Part shown: piece after piece, positions 1 to 9,095 of the stretch
How positions within the stretch are numbered: the stretch's first letter is position 1
Layout of the letters: every line of letters begins with the position of its first letter
Source: Candidatus Altimarinota bacterium
Lineage (GTDB): Bacteria > Patescibacteriota > Gracilibacteria > JBDHUY01
NCBI GenBank assembly: GCA_039809385.1
Contig: JBDHUY010000001.1
Location: 64,001-128,000 of the forward strand
Direction: 5' to 3'
DNA length: 64,000 nucleotides
Position numbers and translations under genes: made by a program
The notes under the pieces: model-generated
The model's database searches: none
The model's input: only the letters and a program-made list of their open reading frames with translations
What the model was told of the DNA's origin: nothing

Positions 1-1016
1 GAAGGAAGCTTGTAACGGGGACGCATCGTCAGGAAAAAACCGATCCGCGACCATTCGATCCCGATTTCGTACCAGTCCCGTAATAACCCGATGATTTGAT
101 CGAAGATTCCTTTTATTTGACGGGCATAGAGCAAGAGCATGGTGTAGTCGCCGATCGAAATCTTCCCGTCCAGCACGCTCATGCCGGCAAAAATAGCAGT
201 CAACCAGTCGGGCAGATTCTGAATAAACCATTCCAGCATCCTGCCCTTGTTTTCGTACCGTTTTTCTTCCATCTTAAGCCCAAAATACCGTTTCTGGACG
301 CTCCGGTATTCGCTGACGACGCTATCCTGAGCGCGCATCATCAGGAGTTTATGATAATTGCGTAAGAGCTGGTACCATAAATCGGACATTTTTGTCCGCA
401 CATTTTCGCTGGTGACACGAAACTGGTTTTGGAGTTTCAAACGGCGCCGGGCGTACCAGGCCTGGATCAGGCTGGCGAGCAAAATGACAGCAAAGACCCG
501 CAGATCGAGGAATGCCACAATCGGCAAAATGCCAAAGACCTGGATAAACCGTTTTACCGCATTTACGATAAAATACAGACTCCGGTCGAAAATATATTGA
601 AGACTGAACAGACTGTAATAGATCCGGCGATTGGCGTTATTATCGAGAAATCCGGCGTCAAATGTCTGCAGACGGTCAAACAGGAACTTTTCAGTACCGT
701 TTTGAACATCGTAGCGAAAATGTTCGCGGATATGATCATTGAGAGTTTCCATAATCCTCGACACCATTTCGGAGACGGCCGCCACAACAATAACCAGCAC
801 AAACAAGAACAGCGGGCTTCCGGAAATAATCCCGAGAAACGAGGTGTGCTGCTTTTCCAGCTGATCGATCTGCAGTTTGGTGAAATAGGGTACCAATACG
901 GCCAGAACCGCCTGAAGTACTTCAAACGACAAAATAATCCACAAAGTCGTTTTGTGACGTTTATACATGGTAGCAATGAGAGAGCCCAGATCTTTATGTC
1001 CGGAAAATAGTTTCAT
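1..1016 (-). CDS. ABC transporter permease/ATP-binding protein, N-terminal part (runs off the left edge)
   Basis: Manual minus-strand translation from ATG 1016 (MKLFSGHKDLGSLIATMYKRHKTTLWIILSFEVLQAVLAVLVPYFTKLQIDQL...GKISIGDYTMLLLYARQI) stays open to base 1 and resembles an ABC exporter transmembrane domain; absent from the ORF track because it has no stop in the window. Confidence 0.8.
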   Translation of the reverse strand, partial: MKLFSGHKDLGSLIATMYKRHKTTLWIILSFEVLQAVLAVLVPYFTKLQIDQLEKQHTSFLGIISGSPLFLFVLVIVVAAVSEMVSRIMETLNDHIREHFRYDVQNGTEKFLFDRLQTFDAGFLDNNANRRIYYSLFSLQYIFDRSLYFIVNAVKRFIQVFGILPIVAFLDLRVFAVILLASLIQAWYARRRLKLQNQFRVTSENVRTKMSDLWYQLLRNYHKLLMMRAQDSVVSEYRSVQKRYFGLKMEEKRYENKGRMLEWFIQNLPDWLTAIFAGMSVLDGKISIGDYTMLLLYARQIKGIFDQIIGLLRDWYEIGIEWSRIGFFLTMRPRYKLP

Positions 1017-1178
1017 AAGAACCTAGTGTCAGTGCAATGTAACTCGCCAACATACATTAATACTACATCTGAAACATTAAACTGGGAGCAGGGTTTGCGG
1101 TTTGAATATTGGTATTTCGAATTTATTTAGGATTTTTGTCATCATTACGCTACGTTGTAGAACTAATTTTTCCTAATA

Positions 1179-1892
1179 CTAGTGTGGCTCTTTTACGTTC
1201 AGAATGTCATACGCAACCGGATAGATCAGTTCCTCCCACAACGCATATTCTTTTCCGGAAGGGTGCAGCCCGTCCGCGGCCATCAGATCCGGAGAATCTT
1301 TCATCCCTTGGGTTAGCGCATAGATATCGACCACCGGAATATTTCGTATGTGCGCTTCATCTTTGATAACTTGATTGAAGGAATCAATATCTGCCGGAGT
1401 CGTCGGCCCGGAGTACTGGAATCCGGTCGGAGTAACCGAATAGTCGGGAATAGTAATAACGATAAAATTCTCTTTGCGGGGAAGTTGCGCAAGCACCCGG
1501 TCCATGATCTGAGCCAATCTGGTTCTGAACGTTGTCGCATCGACACCCTGTACATAATCATTGACCCCGATCAGCAACGTGGCAAAAGTAGGGTCAAGAT
1601 CTTCAAACAGGGGTAATTCCCGATCCAGCACGTCCTGCGTGGTCCAACCAGTACGAGACGGGTTGGCCACGAGTTCGATAGCGATATTGTTCTGCTGCAA
1701 ATGTTCGGTTAAGATCACCGGCCAAGATTCTGCAGGAGAGACGCCCTGCCCGATGGTATAGGAGTCGCCCAGCGCGACATACCGGATTGTAGTGAATTGC
1801 GGATTCTGGTACAGCATAGGCTGTTTCTGAGACAGGAAAAATGAAAGCAGGCTACCGATACTAAGCAGGATAATCGCTAATTTGAGAGTCAT
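1179..1892 (-). CDS. SGNH/GDSL hydrolase with N-terminal signal/anchor
   Basis: LGDSYT, GVND and DGLHP blocks. Confidence 0.9.
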   Translation of the reverse strand: MTLKLAIILLSIGSLLSFFLSQKQPMLYQNPQFTTIRYVALGDSYTIGQGVSPAESWPVILTEHLQQNNIAIELVANPSRTGWTTQDVLDRELPLFEDLDPTFATLLIGVNDYVQGVDATTFRTRLAQIMDRVLAQLPRKENFIVITIPDYSVTPTGFQYSGPTTPADIDSFNQVIKDEAHIRNIPVVDIYALTQGMKDSPDLMAADGLHPSGKEYALWEELIYPVAYDILNVKEPH

Positions 1893-2006
1893 GTGAACCA
1901 GGTAAATAATCTTATCAGATACCAGAATAAGTTCAAAATTACCAAATGCAAGTGTGTAATGGTATATTCTGGCCAGACCTCAAGGCAGAGATATGCAAAC
2001 TGAGGT

Positions 2007-2059
2007 TTGACAAATATGAATTATTTTACATATAATTTGTATGTATTATTATGCATACA
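2007..2059 (+). promoter_or_regulatory. sigma70 promoter of the TA operon with palindromic operator candidates
   Basis: TTGACA(2007)-18 nt-TATAAT(2031); TACATA-N7-TATGTA and TGTATG-N10-CATACA overlap the -10/TSS region. Confidence 0.65.
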
Positions 2060-2064
2060 AATCC

Positions 2065-2304
2065 ATGGCTATTCCAAACGAGATACGTCGAAAAAGGCTC
2101 TCTATAACTATTTCACCACAAGGAGAAGAACTGTTAACAGAACTACAGCAAAAGTCAAAAGTCAGTAAAAGCGTACTGGTTGAAGAAGCAATACGATATT
2201 TTGCCTTGGCGCAACTTGACCGTGATACAAAGATACTAAGTACCTTAAACTTCAGCGATCTGCCAACAGAAACCGAATGGCTCCAAGTTCAATCTCAATG
2301 GTAA
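2065..2304 (+). CDS. ribbon-helix-helix (CopG-like) antitoxin
   Basis: KRLSITIS...SKSVLVEEAIRYF RHH pattern, directly upstream of a PemK toxin. Confidence 0.75.
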   Translation: MAIPNEIRRKRLSITISPQGEELLTELQQKSKVSKSVLVEEAIRYFALAQLDRDTKILSTLNFSDLPTETEWLQVQSQW

Positions 2305-2320
2305 ACCCATAGTATAGGAT

Positions 2321-2650
2321 ATGCATCAAGGAGATATATTCTGGGCGGATTTGAATCCGGTAAAAGGGCATGAACAAGCTGGTATTCGTCCAGTCATGGT
2401 GATTCAAAACGACATTCTGAATCAGAACCTGACTACGACGGTGATCGTACCGTTAACCACCAATTTGAAAGCCAAAGGGTTGATGACCACCTACTTCTTA
2501 CCGAAAAGCGTTTCAAGACTCCCGTATGACAGTGTGGCTTTGCTCTATCAGGTACGTACAGTGGATCAAAACCGACTCCAAACAAAAGTCGGCTCTCTCA
2601 AGAAAGAAGAGTTTCATGAGTTAAAAAGGCAGTTCCTATTCGTTTTTTAG
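2321..2650 (+). CDS. mazF: PemK/MazF family toxin
   Basis: QGDIFWADLNPVKGHEQAGIRPVMVIQND...IVPLTT...QVRTVD. Confidence 0.92.
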   Translation: MHQGDIFWADLNPVKGHEQAGIRPVMVIQNDILNQNLTTTVIVPLTTNLKAKGLMTTYFLPKSVSRLPYDSVALLYQVRTVDQNRLQTKVGSLKKEEFHELKRQFLFVF

Positions 2651-4420
2651 TTCCTCGACCACCCGAATCCCCAGCTCTTTGAGCTGCGCATCGGTCACTG
2701 TGCCCGGAGCTCCCAGCATGACATCCTGGGCTTTGCCGTTTTTGGGGAAAGCGATGACTTCGCGGATCGATTGTTCGCCCAAAAAGACCATCAGCATGCG
2801 GTCGATGCCGGGAGCAAAGCCGCCGTGGGGCGGACAGCCGTATTCAAAGGCTTTGATCATGTGTCCGAACTTTTCGTTTACTTCCTCTTTGGTATAACCG
2901 ACGATCTCGAAGGCCTTATACATAATCTCGGGATCGTGATTACGGATAGCTCCGGAAGACAACTCGAGACCGTTCGCCACGATATCGTACTGATAGGCCA
3001 AGATTGAGAGCGGATCTTGCGTATTGAGAGCTTCCAGTCCCCCCTGCGGCATCGAAAAAGGGTTGTGGCAGAAATCGACTTTTTTCTGCTCGTCGTTCCA
3101 TTCGTAAAACGGGAAATCCTTGATCCAGCACCATGCTACTTCATCCGGGGTACGTAGGCCGAGGTGATCGCCCAGAAAGAGTCGGAGCTTCCCCAGACTT
3201 TCGGCCACGATCTTCTCACTGTCGGCGCCGAAAAAGACGACGTCGCCGGTTTGTGCATTCATTTTTTTAGTAATCGCCTCAATTTCTTCGGAAGTCATAA
3301 ATTTGGTCAGCGGCGATTTGATCCCTTCGGCATCATACCAGAAGTAGGCTAATCCCTTGGCTCCCCATTCTTTTACCATCGGTACGAGCTTATTCTCGAT
3401 AAATGAGCGGGGTTGGGAGGCAAAGCCGGGTACATTGATCGCCCTAACCACGCCTTTGTTGCTCACCGTGTCGGCAAATACTTTGAAACCGCTGGTTTTG
3501 ACCAGGTCGGAGATATCGACTATAGGCAACCCGAAGCGCAAATCGGGCCGGTCGGTACCGTACTGTTCCATCGCTTCTTTGTAGGTCAGGCGGGGAAACG
3601 GGGCCGGAAATTTTACTTTTTTATGAGCTACTTGTTCGGTGAGATAGACGAAGAGGGGTTCCATGGTGTTCCAGACATCTTCCTGGGTGACAAAGCTCAT
3701 TTCAAGGTCAAGCTGGTAGAATTCGCCGGGAGAGCGGTCTGCCCGCGGATCTTCGTCGCGAAAACAGGGCGCAATTTGGAAATATTTATCGAATCCTGCC
3801 ACCATGAGTAGCTGTTTGAACTGCTGCGGGGCTTGCGGAAGAGCATAAAATTTACCCTTGTGAATACGGCTCGGCACCAAATAGTCGCGGGCTCCTTCGG
3901 GAGAACTGTTGGCCAGAATGGGAGTAGTGATTTCGACAAAACCGTTCTGGTCCATCCACTTGCGGATAGCCAGGATCATGGTGTGGCGGAAAATGATATG
4001 ATCCTGGATTTTCTTACGCCGAAGGTCGAGAAAGCGGTATTCCAGGCGCAGGTCTTCGTGAACCTTTTCGCCCTGATCTAGCTCGAACGGAAGGGCTTTG
4101 GCTTTTGACAAAAGGGTACAGCTGTCAACCACTACTTCAATCTCACCTGTTTCCAGATTAGGGTTGGTCAAACCTTCACCCCGTTTTCGAACGATACCTT
4201 TTACCGCGACGACAAATTCGCTGCGTAGTTGTTGAGCAAGAGCATGAGCTTCTGCACTATGTTCGGGATCGAACACTACTTGGGTGAGACCGTAACGATC
4301 ACGTAAATCGACAAAGATAACCCCGCCGTGATCGCGGGCGCTGTTGACCCAACCGGCCAGCTGGACGGTTTGACCAACATGTTCTGAACGGAGTTCTCCG
4401 GAGGTGTGCGTGCGGTGCAT
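2636..4420 (-). CDS. aspS: aspartyl-tRNA synthetase (probably non-discriminating)
   Basis: RDHGGVIFVDLRD, PEGARDY, QIAPCFRDED, PPHGGFAPGIDR. Confidence 0.97.
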   Translation of the reverse strand: MHRTHTSGELRSEHVGQTVQLAGWVNSARDHGGVIFVDLRDRYGLTQVVFDPEHSAEAHALAQQLRSEFVVAVKGIVRKRGEGLTNPNLETGEIEVVVDSCTLLSKAKALPFELDQGEKVHEDLRLEYRFLDLRRKKIQDHIIFRHTMILAIRKWMDQNGFVEITTPILANSSPEGARDYLVPSRIHKGKFYALPQAPQQFKQLLMVAGFDKYFQIAPCFRDEDPRADRSPGEFYQLDLEMSFVTQEDVWNTMEPLFVYLTEQVAHKKVKFPAPFPRLTYKEAMEQYGTDRPDLRFGLPIVDISDLVKTSGFKVFADTVSNKGVVRAINVPGFASQPRSFIENKLVPMVKEWGAKGLAYFWYDAEGIKSPLTKFMTSEEIEAITKKMNAQTGDVVFFGADSEKIVAESLGKLRLFLGDHLGLRTPDEVAWCWIKDFPFYEWNDEQKKVDFCHNPFSMPQGGLEALNTQDPLSILAYQYDIVANGLELSSGAIRNHDPEIMYKAFEIVGYTKEEVNEKFGHMIKAFEYGCPPHGGFAPGIDRMLMVFLGEQSIREVIAFPKNGKAQDVMLGAPGTVTDAQLKELGIRVVEELKNE

Positions 4421-4636
4421 AAATGTAATTATGAATTATTTAATGATGGCTAGAGAAATTACTTGATGCTTTACAACTTTATGAACTTTATAGACTTTAT
4501 AACTTTTCAATTAACGCCCCATATTTTACGTATTCCCTTCTTTTTGTGCAAATCTGAATGATTCTGATACTATATTTTATTTTTTTTATTGACTTCTTGA
4601 AAAATGCGAATAAAGTTAGCAAAATCTTAGATTAAG

Positions 4637-5197
4637 GTGAATGTAATGAACATGAAACACACTACTCAAATCCACTCGCACCATATCCTCAACGAGCGGT
4701 CTGAAAATATTGATAATCCATTGGTTCCCGAGGCAGTAAAGATCTTAAATTTGCTTGAGAAAAACAAAGAGCATTTCTCGATGGAATTCATTCTTCGAGT
4801 TCTGGAATTCAAATCGACATGCGAACAAGGTATGGTAAAAAATGAAATCCAACAACAGATTGCTCGTATTCGCGACGAGATTCGAGCAGGAAGGCTGGAT
4901 CTGTCTTCTCAGTTCGGAGTTACACATACAGTATTAACACCTAAAGAACTGCCGGAGACCGAATCACCACTCTCCATGTTACGAAAAGCAGTAACAGAGG
5001 CCATGAAACTCGCTGAAGGAGGAACTATTTATCAAGGAAAAATCCATGAACCATTAGAACTCGGAAAAGAAGGAGAAATACAAAAGATAAAAGACTCTGC
5101 CAAACTGATTGTCTTCAAGTTTTGGGCTAAACGCTATATCAAAAACCTGGAGCATGCCGGAGAAGAAAAGATCCAGGAAGGGAAGCTGACAGTATAA
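4637..5197 (+). CDS. hypothetical protein (start may be 4646 or 4652)
   Basis: 186-aa ORF filling the intergenic space; no recognisable motif. Confidence 0.6.
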   Translation: MNVMNMKHTTQIHSHHILNERSENIDNPLVPEAVKILNLLEKNKEHFSMEFILRVLEFKSTCEQGMVKNEIQQQIARIRDEIRAGRLDLSSQFGVTHTVLTPKELPETESPLSMLRKAVTEAMKLAEGGTIYQGKIHEPLELGKEGEIQKIKDSAKLIVFKFWAKRYIKNLEHAGEEKIQEGKLTV

Positions 5198-5290
5198 AAA
5201 TTTGTAAATTCTGAGAAAATACCCCGTTCCGCAGTTGACCGGACAAGCAATAGCCCTTAGGATGGGGATGTTTTTTTAGCAGAGATCCCT

Positions 5291-6961
5291 ATGAAGCCCC
5301 TTCCCGCCAAAGTCTGGAACATTCGCGATACGACCTCCCTCCCTGTCCACGAGAAACTACTGGCTGGCCGTGGGATATCGTTTGATCAGATGGAGAGTTT
5401 TCTCAAACCGTCGCTGGACGAGCTTAGTTCGCCAGCTATGTTTCGCGATATGTCAAAAAGTATCGAGCGAATAGAGCAAGCGATTAACCAAAAAGAACGC
5501 ATCATCGTATTCGGCGATTACGACGTCGACGGAGTGAGCGGCTCGGCTATTTTGGTCAGAACCTTGCTCAAACTCGGAGCCTACGTTTCTTACCGCCTCC
5601 CCCACCGGGTCAACGACGGCTACGGCCTCAAAAATTATCTCATCGACGAAATCGCCGAAACCGGCGCCACCGTCTTGATTACCGTCGACAACGGCATTTC
5701 CGCCCGGAATGAAATTGCTTATGCGCAAGAACAAGGCATCGACGTCATTATTACCGATCATCACTCGGTTCCGCCCGACCTCCCGCCCGCCTTTGCCATT
5801 TTGCACCCTAAACTGGAGACCGAAACCTACCCGTTCAAAGATCTCTCGGGCAGCGGTGTCGCATTTATGTTTGCCCGCGGACTGCTCGAGCATTTTTTGG
5901 GAGAAGCGGGATCCGTATTTTGGCTACAGATGATCGATCTGGCCTCGTTGGGAACAGTCGCGGACTGCGTGCCGTTGGTCGGAGAGAATCGTATCATCGT
6001 TCACTACGGACTCAAACAACTCGCTCAAACCACGCATATCGGTCTCCAGCATCTGATGAATCTGGCCCAGGTCAATTTGCGCGAAATAGACTCCCATACC
6101 ATCGGATTTTTAATCGGACCAAGGTTAAACGCCGGCGGACGTATGGACACCGCGATCGACTCGTTGCACCTCTTTTTATACGGTGAGGAAAAGAGTCGGG
6201 AAGTAGCCCAAAAACTGCACGACCTGAATATCAAACGCCAGCAGGAGACTGAGAAAATAGTACAGGAAGCCATGCAAAGGCTGGAACACGAAAATACCGA
6301 GCATATCATCGTGCTGGAAGGAGACTGGCACCTGGGCATCATCGGCATCGTGGCAGCCAAACTGGCCGATAAATACCATGTTCCGGCTTTTGTGCTGGGA
6401 CGTAAACGTGACGAATACGTGGCCTCGTGCCGCAACGAAGGCCAAACCAATATCATCGAACTGATCCGGCATTTCAAAGAATACTTCACCCATTTCGGCG
6501 GACACGAGGGCGCGGCGGGATTTAGCATACAAGAGGATAAACTGCCCGATTTTAAAGCCCGCATTCAGGCTTTTGTCGCCGAGAAAAACGCTACTACGAC
6601 CAAAACGATTCCGGTCGAGATCGAAACATTCGTCCTAGGATCGGATCTCTCCTGGGATCTGTATAGTTTCATGGAAAAGCTGGGACCGTTCGGGGAAGGG
6701 AATCCTAAACCTCTACTGGCGCTGGAACAAGCTACGATCAAAGAAATACGTACCGTGGGAAGCAAGAACCAGCATCTGAAACTGGTACTGGAACACGAGC
6801 ACCGCAGCTTTCATGCCATCGGTTTTTCCCTGGGGGAAGTATGGGCACCCGTTTTACAAAAAAACGATTCAATCGACGTCGCCTTTGAGGTCGAGAAAAA
6901 TACGTTTAACGGGAATACCAACCTTTCCCTGGTGGTACGAGACATACGTCGGAAGACCTAA
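5291..6961 (+). CDS. recJ: single-stranded DNA exonuclease RecJ
   Basis: GDYDVDG, TVDNG, TDHH, GTVAD, PRLNAGGR, GGHEGAAG. Confidence 0.96.
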   Translation: MKPLPAKVWNIRDTTSLPVHEKLLAGRGISFDQMESFLKPSLDELSSPAMFRDMSKSIERIEQAINQKERIIVFGDYDVDGVSGSAILVRTLLKLGAYVSYRLPHRVNDGYGLKNYLIDEIAETGATVLITVDNGISARNEIAYAQEQGIDVIITDHHSVPPDLPPAFAILHPKLETETYPFKDLSGSGVAFMFARGLLEHFLGEAGSVFWLQMIDLASLGTVADCVPLVGENRIIVHYGLKQLAQTTHIGLQHLMNLAQVNLREIDSHTIGFLIGPRLNAGGRMDTAIDSLHLFLYGEEKSREVAQKLHDLNIKRQQETEKIVQEAMQRLEHENTEHIIVLEGDWHLGIIGIVAAKLADKYHVPAFVLGRKRDEYVASCRNEGQTNIIELIRHFKEYFTHFGGHEGAAGFSIQEDKLPDFKARIQAFVAEKNATTTKTIPVEIETFVLGSDLSWDLYSFMEKLGPFGEGNPKPLLALEQATIKEIRTVGSKNQHLKLVLEHEHRSFHAIGFSLGEVWAPVLQKNDSIDVAFEVEKNTFNGNTNLSLVVRDIRRKT

Positions 6962-7002
6962 AAGAAAATTTGAACCCCGGGCTGCCCCTTGTCTCATGTA
7001 CC

Positions 7003-7145
7003 TGTCATGCTGGCCCTGCCCAGCATCCGAAAACGCACGAAGCGTATCAATCACGCTCAGTGAGGAATAAGCTATTAAACTGACAGGACAGTGGATTCAT
7101 GCTTGTTCTAACCATATTCGGACTCCGGACAAGCCGGAGTGGCAG
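7003..7145. repeat. REP-doublet-like element (two inverted GTCAT-type hairpins)
   Basis: Left TGTCATGCTGG-ccctgc-CCAGCATCC, right GGACTCCGG-acaag-CCGGAGTGGCA; the reverse complement of the left unit nearly matches 63958-63984. Confidence 0.6.
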
Positions 7146-7216
7146 ACAAGAGTATGACACAATCTCCTTGTTATTGGCGCCCCGGGTGATTAGAATAAAC
7201 CGTGTAACATTTTTCT

Positions 7217-8224
7217 ATGACAAATTCCCCTCAATCACTGCGCCAAGAGTTTCAGGACGAACTGCAACACACGGATTCCGCTCCAGCCTTGCTAGAACTG
7301 GAGAAAAAGTTCCTCGGGCGCAGCGGTAAGATCAACGACCTGTTCGAAATCATGAAAACGTTGCCGGTCGAAGAAAAAAAGACCTTCGGACAGACGATCA
7401 ACGTACTGAAAAAAGAACTCGAAGCAGCTCTCGCCCAAAAAAAATCTTCATTGGGTAGAGAGAGCCGCGAAGCGCTCGACGTTACTTTGTCGATGAAATC
7501 GGAATATACGGGCAATATCCATCCCGTCAGCCTGGTCAATCAGGAGATCGAAGATATTTTCGTCTCGATGGGATTCGAGGTATGGGACGGCCCGGAAGTC
7601 GATACTGAGTACTATAATTTCGAAACGCTGAATGTTCCCAAACACCATCCGGCCCGTGATATGCAGGACACGTTCTACCTGGCCCAGCCTGGCTATGTGC
7701 TGAGAACTCAAACCTCGAATATGCAGAATCGGGTGATGAGAAGCAAAAAACCACCCATACGAGCCATCGTACCGGGCAAAGTTTTCCGCAACGAAGCCAC
7801 CGATGCACGCCATGAACTGGCCTTTCATCAGGTGGAAGGCATTCTGGTCGACAAAAATACCTCGCTGGCCCACATGCGCTATGTGATCGATGCATTTTTA
7901 AAGAAGCTCTTCAAACGCGACGTGGTAACCCGGTTACGTCCCGGTTATTTTCCCTTCGTTGAACCCGGACTGGAGCTTGACTTCTCGTGTCTGGTGTGCG
8001 ATGCCAAAGGCTGCCGGGTTTGCAAACACACCGGCTGGCTCGAATTTATGGGCTGCGGAATGATTCATCCGTATGTGCTCAAAGAAGCCGGCATCGATCC
8101 AGACGAATATTCCGGGTTCGCCTTCGGGTTCGGTCTGACCCGCCTGGTCATGATGCTCTATAAAATCGAAGACGTCCGTCTGTTTCATAGCGGCGACATA
8201 CGATTTCTGGAACAGTTCCGTTAG
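7217..8224 (+). CDS. pheS: phenylalanyl-tRNA synthetase alpha subunit
   Basis: HPARDMQDTFY, LRTQTS, FHQVEG, YFPFVEP, GFAFGFG. Confidence 0.97.
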   Translation: MTNSPQSLRQEFQDELQHTDSAPALLELEKKFLGRSGKINDLFEIMKTLPVEEKKTFGQTINVLKKELEAALAQKKSSLGRESREALDVTLSMKSEYTGNIHPVSLVNQEIEDIFVSMGFEVWDGPEVDTEYYNFETLNVPKHHPARDMQDTFYLAQPGYVLRTQTSNMQNRVMRSKKPPIRAIVPGKVFRNEATDARHELAFHQVEGILVDKNTSLAHMRYVIDAFLKKLFKRDVVTRLRPGYFPFVEPGLELDFSCLVCDAKGCRVCKHTGWLEFMGCGMIHPYVLKEAGIDPDEYSGFAFGFGLTRLVMMLYKIEDVRLFHSGDIRFLEQFR

Positions 8225-8263
8225 TTTTCACCGAAATTAACTGTCGGTAATGCTTCTCTTCCT

Positions 8264-8923
8264 ATGAATTCTGATCCGTACGCCAAGAGAATTCTTTGTT
8301 ACGGCGATTCCAATACCTGGGGGTACGATGCCGAACACGATCGTCGTTTTGGAGCAGACATACGCTGGACCGGAAAACTGCAAATGCTCCTGGGTCAGGA
8401 TTTTGAGATCATCGAGGAAGGATTGAACGGAAGAACTACGGTAGTCCAGCATGATCGCAACAGCTGGAAAACCGGAAAAACCTATCTGCCACCCTGTCTG
8501 GAAACGCATAATCCGCTGGATTTGGTTATTTTCATGCTGGGCACCAACGATCTCGCCCAGAAATACGACCGGACATTGCCACAGGTTGTCCTGGGAATGC
8601 AGGAACTGATTGAGATGACCTATAAATATGCTTACACACGCGCACAAAAAAGCGTCCCCGTCGTCATTATTCCTCCACCGTTGATCGACGATACTCAAAC
8701 CTCAGCTGCCGAGAAGTTTCCTCAGGGAAGCCAACGATCTGAAGATATTAGACCTTTGTATAAAAGACTATGCGAAGAGACACATTGTCTGTTTTTAAAT
8801 ATAAACCCGCCTCTTGTATCCGGCAGCTTTGATGGATATCATTTAGACGAACGCAGTCATGCGCAACTGGCCCAAGCCGTTTTTGATTTTATCCTTCCTC
8901 TTTTTACTCTACCTTCAGTATGA
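8264..8923 (+). CDS. SGNH/GDSL arylesterase-like hydrolase
   Basis: YGDSNTWG, EEGLNGRTT, MLGTND, DGYHL. Confidence 0.9.
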   Translation: MNSDPYAKRILCYGDSNTWGYDAEHDRRFGADIRWTGKLQMLLGQDFEIIEEGLNGRTTVVQHDRNSWKTGKTYLPPCLETHNPLDLVIFMLGTNDLAQKYDRTLPQVVLGMQELIEMTYKYAYTRAQKSVPVVIIPPPLIDDTQTSAAEKFPQGSQRSEDIRPLYKRLCEETHCLFLNINPPLVSGSFDGYHLDERSHAQLAQAVFDFILPLFTLPSV

Positions 8924-9093
8924 ACAACAAAGAACTTGTCCGCGCCCAGGCTCTGGTCTTTTTGGAAGAATATGCCCATACGCTTGAAATGGAAGCCAAG
9001 CGTGAAATAAATCCCGAACGAAAGCAAGGACTCACCGCGAAAACGACCGAAGTCCGTTCTGTCTCCCAGTCTATCAATATGTACTTGCAATAA
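8920..9093 (+). CDS. small hypothetical protein, 57 aa (not in ORF track)
   Basis: ATGA overlap with the upstream stop; MNNKELVRAQALVFLEEYAHTLEMEAKREINPERKQGLTAKTTEVRSVSQSINMYLQ; fills the gap to the convergent gene. Confidence 0.55.
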   Translation: MNNKELVRAQALVFLEEYAHTLEMEAKREINPERKQGLTAKTTEVRSVSQSINMYLQ

Positions 9094-9095
9094 AT

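Noticed and set aside
96-1010. Plus-strand ORFs in the track
   Set aside because: Antisense shadows of the minus-strand ABC transporter fragment
6962-7216. T-box, SRP or 6S RNA upstream of pheS
   Set aside because: No T-box UGGNACC antiterminator or SRP GGAA/GCAGC motif found; the hairpins match dispersed REP-like repeats
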